Shown here piece by piece: positions 1 to 13,200 of a DNA stretch of 64,000 nucleotides (its first letter is position 1; every line of letters begins with the position of its first letter). Origin of the DNA: Tubiluchus corallicola (Eukaryota > Animalia > Priapulida); assembly GCA_030141605.1 (NCBI GenBank), contig JAQGDQ010000147.1, positions 62,001 through 126,000 on the forward strand, given 5' to 3'. The position numbers were made by a program, and so were the translations under genes. Under the pieces are notes generated by a model. That model ran no database searches. It was not told the origin of the DNA and saw only the letters and a list, made by a program, of their open reading frames with translations.

Positions 1-375
1 ATACAATTCGGATATCCGGAGCAACACTAGTAAAAACCAAAAAGTACATATTTTACTAACGTGTTCCTCTAACTAGCAAACAGCTAAATGCATGTAACAG
101 TGAACACTAACAGCGGGACAATGAAATTAATCTTCCATGAAAATAATTCTCTCACACAAACATTTTTGAAGAAACATTTTTCCTTTCAATATTTTATACA
201 TTTGAACACTTTTAACATTAGTTTTGGTTTTCGTTCAAGTGTATGTAACAGTAGCATTAAAAACGCCTAAAAGTTTTGACTAAAAGAGCAATTAAATTAT
301 AAACATACCTACAACAATCAAGGAGGGAAAGAGAATTTTCTTCACGATCAAACATTGGCAAACAGAAACGTGTTT

Positions 376-3300
376 TTATTGCACCGGATTCTCTAACTCT
401 GCCTCATGCAGTAATCTGTAAAAGAGGAGGTACGAGTTCTCACGTAGCAACTTGGTCCGTAATTCGAACGAAATGTTCACGCTTGACACATACTCATCGT
501 CATATTTGTACCACGGGCCACTTTCGGACTTTGTGTAGGCAACGTAGTGACCCGTAAACGTATTACCACTGCCGACATGCACACAAACACCATATAATTC
601 ATAAGTATGCCCACCGATGCTGTCCGAGGTATCCGTGTCCGGGTTTAGCGAAGCATCGAAAACGAAAGAAGACAGGTTCAAAACCAGTGGTATTTCCACC
701 GGCAAGTGGATTTTCCTCGATGAACCAATAACTTGATCGAATGTAAATCGCAAAAGTTGAACGACTAGGCACTCGGGAAGCTGACGCAGAAGAGTGACAC
801 GCTGACCGGTTGATCGCGAAATGATCGCAGGACTTTCCACCGGCGTCGATGTCCTAAATCGTGGATCCGAACCAAAAGTAAAATTGTCCCGTACAACGGA
901 TGTACCAGGGGCTATCACATTCGATTGTTTCTGAATATAGTTTGAATCCACACTACCCAGTCTACATGACCGACCAGCTGTGTCAGGGGTCCATTGTAGC
1001 CGTTGACTACTGATACTGGGCGATCCCATTTCTCTGACAGCCTGGTACCCCTTACAGGGACAGAGAAGCCCATTCCCACCTTGGAGTTTTTCGGCAGTTG
1101 TAAACTTTTGAAAACAATCTTCTAGGCGCACGACTGGCAAACGCGAATCGGTCTTTGATGTCAGGAGTGGAACGGGCAACATGCTGAACGTTTGTGTACT
1201 AACACTTATTCGATTACAAGCCATACAATGCTGCACTTCTATAAGCTGGCCTGTGAACATATCATCCACAGGAGAAGAATTCTTGTCCTTGTAGGTCATC
1301 CACTGTAGATCAGATAGCCGTTGCAAAGGCTCGGCTAATTTACTATGATCTAAATTACCACTCAGTTCAATTTGTTGCTGGCACTCGAGGATTAAAGCTT
1401 CGACGGCGTGAGGGGTCAAGTCTCTGTAGATGTGTTTTAACAGTCCCAGAGGTGTCTTGCGATCATTGTTCAGCTGTGGGAAGCTGCGCAATGGGCTTGA
1501 CTGTGGACTGGCAGCTTTCACCTTCACATTCAATGAAGCATGTAACACATAGAACAACCAGAGTAAAAATTCGGCTACGTCCTGCTGTGCTTGCTCCAAA
1601 GCAGCGTCAGCGATTAGAGCAGGATTTAAGAGAGAACCGGCTTGACAGAACGTGAAAGAGTCCAATGCAGAGACCTTGCACACTTTGGAACTATCCATCA
1701 ATTTGAGCATCTCTGCAATCAAATCCGATTCCGGACTGGAAATGTTGGGAATTGTTTTCACGTTATCGTAGATGGCCTGTGAGAGACCGGGTGTTCGGAA
1801 CAAGCACTGCAACACAGAGTTCACAAAACAAATGTTACGTCCGCTGTTTTTCATACCAGGGGGCTTTTCACCATAAATACTTCTTCCCAGAAAAGTCATC
1901 AAGCGGTTTTTCACTGTCTGTTCTTGTACCACGGGGTTTACTCTTGTGGTGCTTGCTGTGCTAGATAATTTGTCTGGAGCTATCACTGGAGACACACTGG
2001 CACCATGCTTGTGTCCGGCTGAATAAACATCATGTTGACTACGGCGTAACCATGGAGCAGAGGCGCAAACAACAGCTGCATTGCCCATATTGGCACTGTT
2101 TCCACGTCTAAACTCTTCCAAGCTCCTCCTTCTTAGCTCAGTGTCATATCTGGAGTTAGTGTTTCCAAATCCAAGCCAATGGTATGGCTGGCTGTCTTCA
2201 GAAATGGTCGGATAGTGATCGATTACAGCACTGGCATATTCACTACGTGGCGCTTTTACATTTCTGACATCAAAGCTCGACTCTTTCACATCAATTTCTA
2301 CAAAATCACCACAACTCACATCTGGAACATTGTAGTACGATTTATATACACAATTCACTATACTGACTAGATAGGTTTTTATAGACTGAAAGCAGTAAAT
2401 GACCGCAACAAGAACTTGCCTGATGAATGTACGGACTTTTGCTTTAAAATCTCTGTCACACGAAGACAGAAAAGTAATGATGGTTAGAGACAGCAAAACC
2501 AGTGGAAAATGATGAAACACATGAATAGCAAAACTAATGGACAACAATAGTAATGACTGGTACTTCCACAATGATCGTCTTTCAATTTCGTCCCTGAAAT
2601 AAATAGCAAAAAATTCAGCTCAAATTAAGTTCCATGTTACTATATTAATTGACTCAAAAACATCTGGAACAGGCCAGTCTATTCAAATGTAAATAAAAAC
2701 AGTCGGGAATTCACTCAAATAACTCGGCATAATTGGCTTAACTTTTTTCTTTCACGTTCTTAAAATAAGACACTTCTGTGTGCCCAAAGAGCTTTCACTG
2801 CTTTTATGTTATCTTTACATCGATTCTGTGCACCATAATGTATGTAGTTCTAACAGTCATGTTGAGAACAGCTTTGTTTGTAAGCAGGTACAGTATGTAT
2901 ATCACATGTGCTAATAGGTTGACATAGAGGTTTTGCTATCTGTCACCTGCTCATCTGGTGCTATTAACCTCATTGTTTCTGGAAGCTAAGCATTTAATCC
3001 ATTGTTTAGCAGTTGGCTTTTGAAGCTCCTGCTGCTTTTCACAAGGTCATCACCAACTGCACTAAGTGACTAGATGTTTTGCGTGATTATATGGAGCATA
3101 TCATAACAGTTTTTCAACGTTTTTATCTATATGAGAATTTCATAAACAAAATTTTTCGTGAAGAAATGAAGCAACCAACCTTGAATGAGTTTTTGTAATT
3201 TTTAATGGTAATAATCAAAATTTTTTAATTTTTACTTTTTTAGTTAATTCAGCTATATAAATTATGCTTCCTAAATAATTCCACATAGGTATTTTTGACA

Positions 3301-3931
3301 TTAATTCGTTTGTAAATTCATTTAAAGCCTTTGCAATGGGTATTAAGTTGATGAGTGATGGCTCGTCAACTCAAGTTCCCAACTTTGTCATATTTCCTGT
3401 CTTTCAACATTGGTATCAAATTTAAACTATATGCATTTGTTCCGTTATACATTCTAACTTTTCTTAATTTATCTTTATTGAATTTGCTTATATCTTGCAG
3501 ACTTGCACAGATAATACCCATTTATTGACATTTTCCACTTTACATTTAGACACGTTCAATGGGATTGGCTGCAAAATGATAGAATGAACATTTAAGTCAT
3601 GTTTATACCAATCTTTAAAATTTGCTTTTAGATCAACCATGTTCACATTTACGTCAGCATTTGCAACATTAGGGAAAAGGCCTGTCCTCATAATGCTCAA
3701 CTTCTTTTATCTGTTGTGGTCCAGGATGTGCACCGTAGTGGATTATTGCTAATTTATCAGATATGGTCCACAACAAATGGTGCATATAGGACTTTTTATA
3801 GGTAAGGTCTAGTAATACGAGCTGACTTTTATTTCAAGCGCAGACATAGAGAATCAGGGGTTTGGTACATAACTTCAACAAGACCAGAACAAAACAGAAT
3901 AATCGATTTACCTTAAAAAAGGCTTTATCAT
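376..3931 (-). CDS. Ubiquitin carboxyl-terminal hydrolase (USP, peptidase C19) with N-terminal hydrophobic segment; proposed coding exons 3912-3931 and 376-2593 (about 745 aa)
   Basis: Cys box GMKNSGRNICFVNSVLQCL, QQDVAEF, His box YGVCVHVGSGNTFTGHYVAY and WYKYDD. The ORF-track start at 2571 is a TTG; an acceptor TTTCAG precedes 2593 and a phase-compatible mini-exon ATG ATA AAG CCT TTT TTA AG|GTAAAT at 3931-3912 gives MIKPFLR-DEIERRSLWKY. The large exon is secure, the first exon is inferred. Confidence 0.9.
2645..3360 (+). mobile_element. Truncated copy of the pogo/Tigger-like non-autonomous DNA transposon family, in the USP intron
   Basis: Aligns by eye with 31880-32838 (TTAATTGACTCAAAAA..CTGGAA, CTATTCAAATGTA, TTTGTTTGTAAGCAGGTAC, TTTCTGGAAGCTAA); encodes EEMKQPTLNEFL* at 3160-3198; both termini missing, boundaries approximate. 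Confidence 0.75.
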
Positions 3932-6900
3932 AATCACAAAACTGAATTTTACTGATATGGAAATGCTCGGTGAAAAAATGCAGTGCCTGTATCTTTGGCT
4001 CTACTGTATCAATTACACAGAATTATGCTTGCTGGCTAATTTATTTAAATAGATATCTGCAGATTACAAAGCATGCCTGCAGACCGGCCCTGTTCAGGTT
4101 TTGCCCACCATTTCCGTAAAGACTCTATGTCTATGTAATTATAATAATTTAATTAATAGTAAATAAACTTTGAACAGATTTTCAATCGAGTCTGCATCTT
4201 CAAAAACTAACTGCAACAACTTAATACCACGCCTAAATTTCAGAATTTGCCTAAGGTCCCTACCTGGATTGTTTTAGGGAAAACTTCGCTATGCGATCAA
4301 CGATGACGAAAAACAAATACTCAATAATGAAGCTCAAAGATGTCGACCAAAGCAAATGCAAAATCAACATTATTATAATCTACATAATCTCGGTTATTAA
4401 ATGATCCTGACGCATATCTAAAAGACACATAAAAGTCGTAAATAGCACACATGGCGCCAAACAACAAAATGATCCGGCAAGAACGTAATGTTGAAAAACT
4501 TCATTCCTTTCGATCTTATTTCATGAAATGTAAAACCACTTTTCCCGGGCCACGCTTTACTGCACGCAAATACTTGTAGCATTTTCCAACTTCTTTCAAG
4601 GAAAATAGAAGGATCTTTCATATCCTACCCCATTTTGAAATATAGTACAAAGTACGCATTTGACTAACTATACTAATGCCAAAGTGTTTCTAATACTAAT
4701 AATGTTATCAATTAAATTTAATTTAATTTGCTCAAATACATTATTATGTGCTTTGGCAAAACACACTTAGTACAACTCATGCAGATCAAAGAATACTTAC
4801 ATATAAGATTAATGCATATAAACTTTATGCAAAAGGTTAGTACAGACAGTTATTGTAATAACAGTTTTGGTACACATTAAGAAAGTTAAGTTAGCTACCT
4901 ACTAATAATTAGGGAACGAGTTTTTTTAGTTCAAATTCGATTCGGACCTAAAATCATTAATTCAAATAATTCAGCACTTCAGCCACATATGTTCTTTATC
5001 ATTAAAATGTTTGACGCAGCATGGAAATAGCATAATTTCGCTGCAGTTTCTTTGCAAAATTTTTAATAAACTAATAGTAGTTTTACTGCAGAACAAAATC
5101 AAGCACTAGGCCCCTACACATGATCTTTGTAAGACCACTTTTTACAAGTGGTTCCACAACCTGTTCGAAAATCTCTCAAACTCGGACTGAATTCGATTCA
5201 AATTCGAAAGTCACAAATTTTATTGTGGTAGAGAATGCTCACTCTACTTTTAATCTACTACATACAAAAAGACACAGCTTAATATTGTATTTAGCAAGCA
5301 ATGAGAGCAGAAAATTTCATGAGAGTAGTACCTATTTAAGCTACTTTAATAAAAGTTTATAAACAAGAATAATGAAAATTAAAGTGAACATGATTAATAA
5401 AATTAATACTGAACAAGATCGATAACATGCAATTTTACTTAGCAATGTAAAAAATGTTGTGAAAGTAACTTGGTGATGCATATTAAAGAAAACTATAATC
5501 TGTACACTCATAAATATAATAATAATAATTATGTAATAAATACAATATAAATATAATAAATATATATAATAGGTTTGCTTCATATTATGAAACATAAGCA
5601 CAAAGCATATAAAAACAACTAATTAACTATATATTACACAACATTATAATACAGACATCTTTAAATATCTATTCTTAAGCATTTGAGTTATAGTTGAAAG
5701 GGTCCAACTACGTGTAAAAAGAGTTAGTTCTTGATTTTCCTTATCTGGATTTTTTTAAAGATTCATTATATTCTCCTACATGGATGATAAAAAATTATCT
5801 TCTTGAGGATTACTGTTAAATAACCACATGAGATAAGTGGTATTTCTGGAGAAAGACATTACATTATAAAGCTCATTTTCATAATTGCTTCTATTTTCAG
5901 CAAAAGTGGACAGTCATAAATAAAGTGCCTTTATCTTCTATTTCATGGTTTTAAGGGATGAGTTTGCGCAATAACTGCATACGGGCTCATTCTTGTTCTG
6001 GTGTTTTGGTATAATGTGCGATTTCCATAATTGTGAAAAATATTGGCTAAGGGATACATCTGATTCTTTATTACTTGTGTGAAATACAAGATTTTAGACT
6101 TGATGTTTTCAGCTTGTAGTGTAGACTGGAATTTTTGGAACTATTGTACAACAGCAGCTTATAGCTATTTCTAAATCCTGCTCTATTCTTATTTTAAATT
6201 CCAATTGGCCATGATCTGAAAAGCTGTTATATTTTCCTACGGCAGACATTAGTTGTCACACCATTGAGCTGGGCGTCCGCATTAATCATACAGTACATGC
6301 ACAGTCTGCTATACTACTGAAACAGCCATTATTGGTGATATATGTAATATTTCCGATGAATTCGCCTAGCTTTCTTCAATTTAGTCATCAGTTCTAATTT
6401 TAGTTGTATTAACAAGTCAACAAGATTTTGTCAAAATTGTGTATTTTTTGTAACTGGCGTTAAAGTCATCTCATTAAAACTGTTGATCCTTTTGTCACAA
6501 AAACAGCAATGATTTCAAATTCTATGTTACTCCACTGCTGCTGTAGTAGAAGGAATTCTCCAGGGGCACTTAATCTGGATAATGAAAAATGATCTGTTTG
6601 CTTTTTTCACTTTCAAGTTTTAACGAAATGAGAAATCAGATCTGGCATTCACGTTAGTCATTTTATAACCTGAAATATTTTGTAGTAAATAACAAGCACA
6701 TGTATTGCGGTATTAAATTTTTAATGTTGATTCGTTGAATCACTTTTTTAGGATTTCCATGTTTAGATATGTGAGTATAATGATTTAGATCCATTTTAGA
6801 ATACATGCTACACCATGTGGCAGAAAATCCTATAATATCATTCTAAATTTTACTATGTTGCTGACAAAATCGAATCTCTAATCCTCCATGGATGTTTCAT

Positions 6901-7374
6901 GAAGAAAGTTTAGCCATTAAAGGTGTTAAAGTCTAACAGAGATAGGTTACCAGCTAGAATAACAATCTAAACTTACTTTAGTTTTGAATCATTATTCTGT
7001 TATTTATGTTAATTTTCCGAGGTGTTTAAATCTCTGGCAATTATCACATTTTAAGTGAAAGCTAGGTCTGATTCTAGACTTAAATTTCACTGCTTATATT
7101 GATTCAAGAGAAAAACTGTAATATTAGTTTAAATGCTTAACCTAACATATTAAAAATGTTGCTTGAAAAGGATATCAATGATTGCCGATACAAAATTCTG
7201 GAAAACCAAAAATTAAATTGTAAATATTTAGGTTGAGGTTGGCAGTGTAGTGTATATGCTGATAGTGTATGACAATTGTCAAATTACGTGTTATTCAAGG
7301 TAATACTTACGCTGTGCAATCTATGAAAAAAGGTAATTAAAAGAATTATAATGGTTGAAAAAATTAGAAATAAA

Positions 7375-8702
7375 GGCATGCATTTTGGGCAAGGCCGTTT
7401 GAGCATGACCGTGTGGGCGCTGGCTCACGGTGCAAGACATTTGGGAGGCAACGCCGATGCACAATGCGTTGTTAATCATGTAAGTTAAGGGTCATTCTTT
7501 GAAATTATCTCACAATACAAGTAAATATTCTGCCACCTCTTTAAGAAACTCCATGAAAATCCCGATATTAGAAGCCCACAGAGATTATCAAACTCTCCTT
7601 CTTCTCTATAAATATATCAACAATATTAATTATCCTTTCAAAAACAATAAGCTCCCACTTCTTAAAAACCACAGTATGAATAACAAAACACTAAATTTAA
7701 GAAACATCAGAACGAACAATCAGTATGGAAAGAATTCCATTACTATGCAAGCAATACAACTTTGGAATTCATTAAAAACATCACTAAAACACAGCAGCTC
7801 TTTATTAATACTCAAGTCTAAATTAAAAAAAACATTTAATGACTCGTTTTGAATATCCGACATACGAACACGATGATACTTACTCAAATCATAATTTCAT
7901 TTTTCATAGACCCTACTAAACTAGTTTATATTTTATTTTTGAATTTCTAGTTGCACTTATAGTTTAGCTTGCACCAGACGCATTTGCCCAGAACAGTGTA
8001 TGTTGTTTATATGAACTAACACTGATTGTCTGTCTTTTATTATGATGGTCAATGTTTTTAAAATGGCAAATAAAGATTTTACTGCTACATTAAGCATTGA
8101 TCTGGTTTATTTCGAGTGAGTAGTTAGTGTAAACAATTAAACAACCCATTACACGTCCGTTTCCTCTAAAGCACATCAATATAAATTGTGATGTAATTGG
8201 TTTAGCCGCTGCAGTAATGTTAAATTTGCTGTGACTAAATCTTTTTGTCATGCATAATTTTCTGTTATTTACTGTTTTTGTGATGCATTACATATTTATG
8301 AACTAACTTGCCGTCATTTTTTTACAAAATGCTAATCTAAACGTTCGGTGTCTCTTCCTACTTCATTCATTTTATAAACAACACACCAATAATTATTATC
8401 AAAGATGGAAAACCAGAAAGCGCAAAGTCAATTGACTGATTTTAATAGTTATAACACATGTTACTGCATACACTAAATTGAGTGAAACGATCTAAAAAAT
8501 ATCGTGTGTAATATCTTTTGTACACAATTGTACACTTTGAGTTGAAAGACGATAATATTATAATTATAAGAGTTTGAATTTAGTGAATTATTAAAGATTT
8601 ATTAAACAAAAATAAAAAATAGCGACAATTGTTCCTGTGTTTGAATGTAGCGTGCCCAAATGCCTCGTGCCCAAATAGCCACGCCCCAAATGTCATGTAC
8701 CC
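7375..8702. mobile_element. Putative MITE with sub-terminal repeats, interrupted by a LINE 3' fragment
   Basis: Left end has repeated (T)TTGGGC/TTTGAGC/TTTGGGA units; right end has the inverted GCCCAAAT units (8651-8702). Boundaries approximate. Confidence 0.45.
7499..8080 (+). mobile_element. 5'-truncated CR1/L2-type LINE remnant (ORF2 C-terminus plus 3' UTR)
   Basis: ORF 7499-7852 contains RTNNQYGKNSITMQAIQLWNSL...SLLILKSKLK, resembling CR1/L2 ORF2 C-termini; AATAAA at about 8069. Confidence 0.65.
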
Positions 8703-9099
8703 GTTTCTACAGATTAGTGCTTGCATGTACAAATTTGGGTTCTTTCATAAAGTTAAAGTCAACAGATACAGAATTGTTCTGTGTTTGTGATTACATTCAT
8801 TGCACTACACATATGGCATGAGAACGTTGCGCACATGCAGTATGTTATTATTATCACACCCATTAAACAACTTATCTATTTTGGATTTTGAGTTTTTACA
8901 GTCACTCCTCAACATAATAGATAGTCGGTCATAAGCTGTGCTTTTATAAGGCATAATTATATTGGCATAGTTCAGTCAATAATTAGATGGGCTCACAGCA
9001 AGAGGAATGGAGGCGGTTTGTGTGTGACATGTTAAGAAGTGCCTATTATTGAGGAGTCGAATTATAAATCCGATGCCGCCCATCATGAATGTCATTTTG

Positions 9100-9400
9100 G
9101 ACTTGCCGCAGTCTAGGTGTGGTAGCATTGAAGATCGCTTGCTTGAAATGTCGAGCCAACATTGCAGTACCCTTGGAATTGTTTAAATGTTTGTTATCTC
9201 CATACAAATGCTGTTTGAGTTCACCGTTTTGTAGTTACAAGTGTGAGCCATGATCTGTGTATTTTACGTTTTTTCTTTGCTGTAGAAACCTTTAATCTTT
9301 TTGTTGACAGTGCCAATTTTGCCCATGATATTAGCCTGAAACGAATTTATTGGTTTGAGGTGCTTTTTCAGTAAATAATAAGAAATGAATACAAATATGT
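9100..9400 (-). mobile_element. Degenerate SGNH-esterase-like fragment, probably LINE ORF1 remnant
   Basis: Minus strand reads QHLYGDNKHLNNSKGTAMLARHFKQAI, resembling the DxxH-L-N..G...LA block of SGNH esterases in CR1/L2 ORF1; no long ORF. Confidence 0.4.
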
Positions 9401-9870
9401 GTCGCCCACAATGCACACTTGCCAAACTGAATCACAGCTAGTACGACTTGCCTAATTGGTGGAGTTCCTGCACATTAATTTTGTATAGTACACACTGCAT
9501 ATACCGTTGACTTTCCTTGTTGAACCAAGAAATATTGAGCTCCAGCCCTTGCCCAACTCTCTCTTTAATTGCGCCAAGTTTGATTTGATTGCGATCTTAC
9601 CATATGGAATAGCCAAACAGACAGAAAGTCAAACTGCAGACTAAACATTTCATGCAGCCCTCAAAATTTTATTTATGTGAAAGCCTCATGCAACTCGCAC
9701 AACCTAGCTGAAGGCTAGCGAGACTGGAGAGACCCAAGAAAATCAGAGTTGAGCGAAGGTTCGTCAAACACATCTCACAGATGTCTTCTGGGGTTATAGC
9801 TCGAATGTTGATCAACTATAGTAAGTTTTGGATTCTTTGTCATGGCCTCCACCTTGTGTCGTAACTTTAT

Positions 9871-10030
9871 TTATAACCATAAATAAAAGAGAAAATGATT
9901 GGAATTATGGCTTTATTCCAATTTAAAGAGCAGCGCCATTCCAGTTACAAGTTAAGGTGCACTGGTTAAAAGAACACCAAACCAAAGTGTTGTAACAGGC
10001 ATAGATATTAATTAGTTACTCAACATAACA
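9871..10030 (-). repeat. 3' LTR (outer 2 bp missing)
   Basis: 160 bp identical to 14028-14187; 9869-9870 is AT instead of the expected TG. Confidence 0.95.
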
Positions 10031-10042
10031 TTCTTCCCTCCT
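10031..10042 (-). other. Polypurine tract (plus-strand primer)
   Basis: Minus strand AGGAGGGAAGAA immediately precedes TGTTATG of the 3' LTR. Confidence 0.9.
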
Positions 10043-10290
10043 AAGAATTTGGGAACATTTAAAGCTACAATATCAATTATAAGTGTTATCAAATTGAACC
10101 AGACAAACAGTTCAAAGTTAACAGTATTAACTCGGAAACTAAACAAAATTTAGTACAGTTAGTTTAAGATACTTATATAAAAGGGATTTGATAAGCAGTA
10201 TACTGATTCACTGAATGTAATGTCCAATGCATATGAATTCTAAAATTAGCAAGAGTTTGATAAAGTTACATCCAATTCAGTTCACTACAA

Positions 10291-13200
10291 TTAATCACAA
10301 TAGCGTGCTGGCATTTTCCCTTTGTTTGCTCTAGAAGACCTCCTTACAGATTCTATTTCTTCACTGTCATGTGCAATTTCTGTAATCTCTTCCTTCCCAC
10401 TAGTGAAAACTCCATCCATCTTTGTATTAAGTGTATCCTGATTTGAGACTGTTTCTGTGTGTACAACGTTATGGGAATTCACAGGTTCCATGACCAGTTT
10501 TCTTTGAGGTTCTTCATTCTCTCCATCTATCACTGCTCTGCCACCTTCATCAACCTTTCCGCATGGTGCTAAGTCTTTAATAGATACAGTGCTTTCCCGG
10601 CCATCACGATATCGTATATGTGCATATTGGGGATTTGCTTCAATTAAATCTACCATATCCACTAGAGGATCAGACTTGCAGGTTCTAACAAATCGTCTTA
10701 ACAGTACCGGTCCAGGGGAAGTGAGCCAGCTGGGCACAGAACCTCCACTAGCTGATCTGCGAGCAAAATTAAAAAACAATTCATGTGGGGTGGCATTAGT
10801 GGACGTACACAGTAATGACCGAATCGCATGTAATGCTTCTGGTAAAACAATCTCCCAAGCTTTGATGTCTAAATTCTTGGATTCCAGTGCTAACTGTATC
10901 GACTTCCATATTATTCCATTGTATTTTTCACATTGCCCATTACCACGTGGATTATATGGAGTTGTTCGGCTAGTTGCAATTCCCCTGGAGTGCAGAAATT
11001 CTCGAACTTCTGCTGACAGAAAACTAGCACCTCGATCCGAATGTATGTAAGCTGCACATCCACAAAGTGAAAAAATTTGACTAAGGCCCTGTATCACAGT
11101 CTGAGCAGATAAATCTGCACACGGTATGGCAAATGGAAATCGGCTATACTCATCCACTACAGTTAGAAAATATTTGTTTGAGGTGCTACTGGGCAAAGGA
11201 CCTTTAAAGTCAATGTTCAACCTTTCCATTGGTCGCACAGCTTTAATAAGAGTTGCTCGTTCAGGCTTCATGAATCTAGGTTTCAATTTACAACATGCTG
11301 GACACTGAAAAGTGATTTTACGAATTTCATCCAAAGTATATGGTAAGTTTTTGGTTCTCACAAAATGGTACAGCCTAGTAGTTCCTGGGTGACATAAAGC
11401 CTCATGCAAAGTTTTTAAGTAATTCAAATCTGAAAATGTAGTTGCGCATCTGGAAAGTGCATCTGGGGCTTCATTATTTTTGCCCGGTCTGTATCTAATA
11501 TCATAGCTAAATCCTGTTAACTGTACCCTCCATCTCTGAATTTTATCATTCTTTACTTTACTTTTCTGCTTTTGATCAAACATGAATGATACTGACCTTT
11601 GATCTGTCACTAAGGTGAAGTGTCGCCCCATTAGAAGATGTCGCCATCGCTCCAATGATTCTACTATAGCATAAGCTTCTTTCTCCACAGAAGCATGGTT
11701 TCGTTCTGAACGATTTAGTGTCCTAGAATAAAAGGCCACTGGTCTTCCAGCTTGATTTAATGTAGCAGCAATTGCCGTTTCAGATGCATCTGTTTCCACC
11801 ACAAAAGGTATGTCGTCCTCTATATCTTTAATAGCTGCAGACTCAATATCAGCTTTCAGTTGAAAAAAAGCATGTTTTGCTTCACTGCTTAAAGGAAATT
11901 TATTAGCTTCATTCAGAGGCCTTATCTTTGCTGAAAAATTTGAGATCCATTGCGAATAGTATGCAAATAATCCTAATACACGTTTAAGCGACTTCTGACT
12001 GTTTGGCTCTGGCATATCCTGTAATGTTTTCAATCTATCAGGATCTGGTTTGATGCTCCCTTTGCTAATCTGATACCCCAGCATTTTAACTGTTTCCGTA
12101 GAATAGACACACTTTTTCTCGTTAAGTGTTAAGTTTGCTCTTTTTGCAGCCTCTAATAATTTCTGCAAATTTTCATCATGTTCTTGCTGAGTCATGCCAC
12201 CTAGTGTAATGTTGTCCAGATATGCATACGTATCTTTCAAACCAAAGTCCTGAATAAACTCATCCATTTTCCTCTGAAAACAGGAAACTCCATTGGTGAT
12301 TCCAAAAGGCAGGCATGTAAATTGATATAATTGCCCATTAGCTTCAAATGCCGTATATTTTCTATCTTGTTCTCTCAGCGGTATCTGATGATATGCTGAT
12401 TCCAGATCTACAGTACTATAAAAACGGTATTTAGCCATTGTATTTGCTAAATCACTCATTCGTTTAGCCGGATAAGCATCAAGTTCTGTAAATCTATTTA
12501 TTGTTTGAGAATAGTCTATCACTAGTCTTCTGCGGTGATTTTCATTAGTAGTGACCAGTACCTGGGCCCTCCAAGGCGAATTAGATTTCTCAATTCTACC
12601 GTCTTTTAGCAGTTTTTCCACCTCTAGCTCAATGAATTTCGTTTTCTCGATGTCGTACCTTCGCGATTTAGTTGCCACTGGTTTAATGCCATCTGTTAGA
12701 TTCTGAAAAGGCTCAGCCGGAGATATTTTCGCTCTCATTAATCCACAAACTTTTAGCGGTTCCTTCCCTCCCCCAAAATGAAGAGTAACTTTCTCGTGCT
12801 GAGACATGAAATCATGTCCTAAAATTACGTCAGCACACAGATTTCGTAGAACAAGCAATTTAACAGCATAATTTCTGTTTTGAAGAATCATATCTACATT
12901 ACATACCGATTTCACTTCAAAACTCGATGTGGCAACTGCCATTCCAACTTTGTCATTTGTTTGATCACATGGAATGCCCAATTGTTCTACAATTTCAGCA
13001 TTGATGTATGAATCTGAACTGCCGCTGTCTATCAGTGCCTTCAATTCTGTTTGCTGAATAGTAATTTTTACTGTCGCTTTAGTTAAACTGTTAGGAGTTC
13101 CATTCTGTTGATGTGCAGTTGCTAAAGTTAACCAGTTCGATTGATAATTATCACTTTTGTTCTTTCTCACAAGTGATGCAGTTGTCTTTTCAGTACATTT

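Noticed and set aside
4527-4562. NVKPLFPGHALL resembles HIT/FHIT KP..PGH.L
   Set aside because: Preceded by an in-frame stop, no acceptor, no HxHxH motif downstream; probably chance in a promoter-like region.
5700-6240. Possible minus-strand LINE endonuclease remnant (SFSDH)
   Set aside because: Single short motif with no continuous frame.
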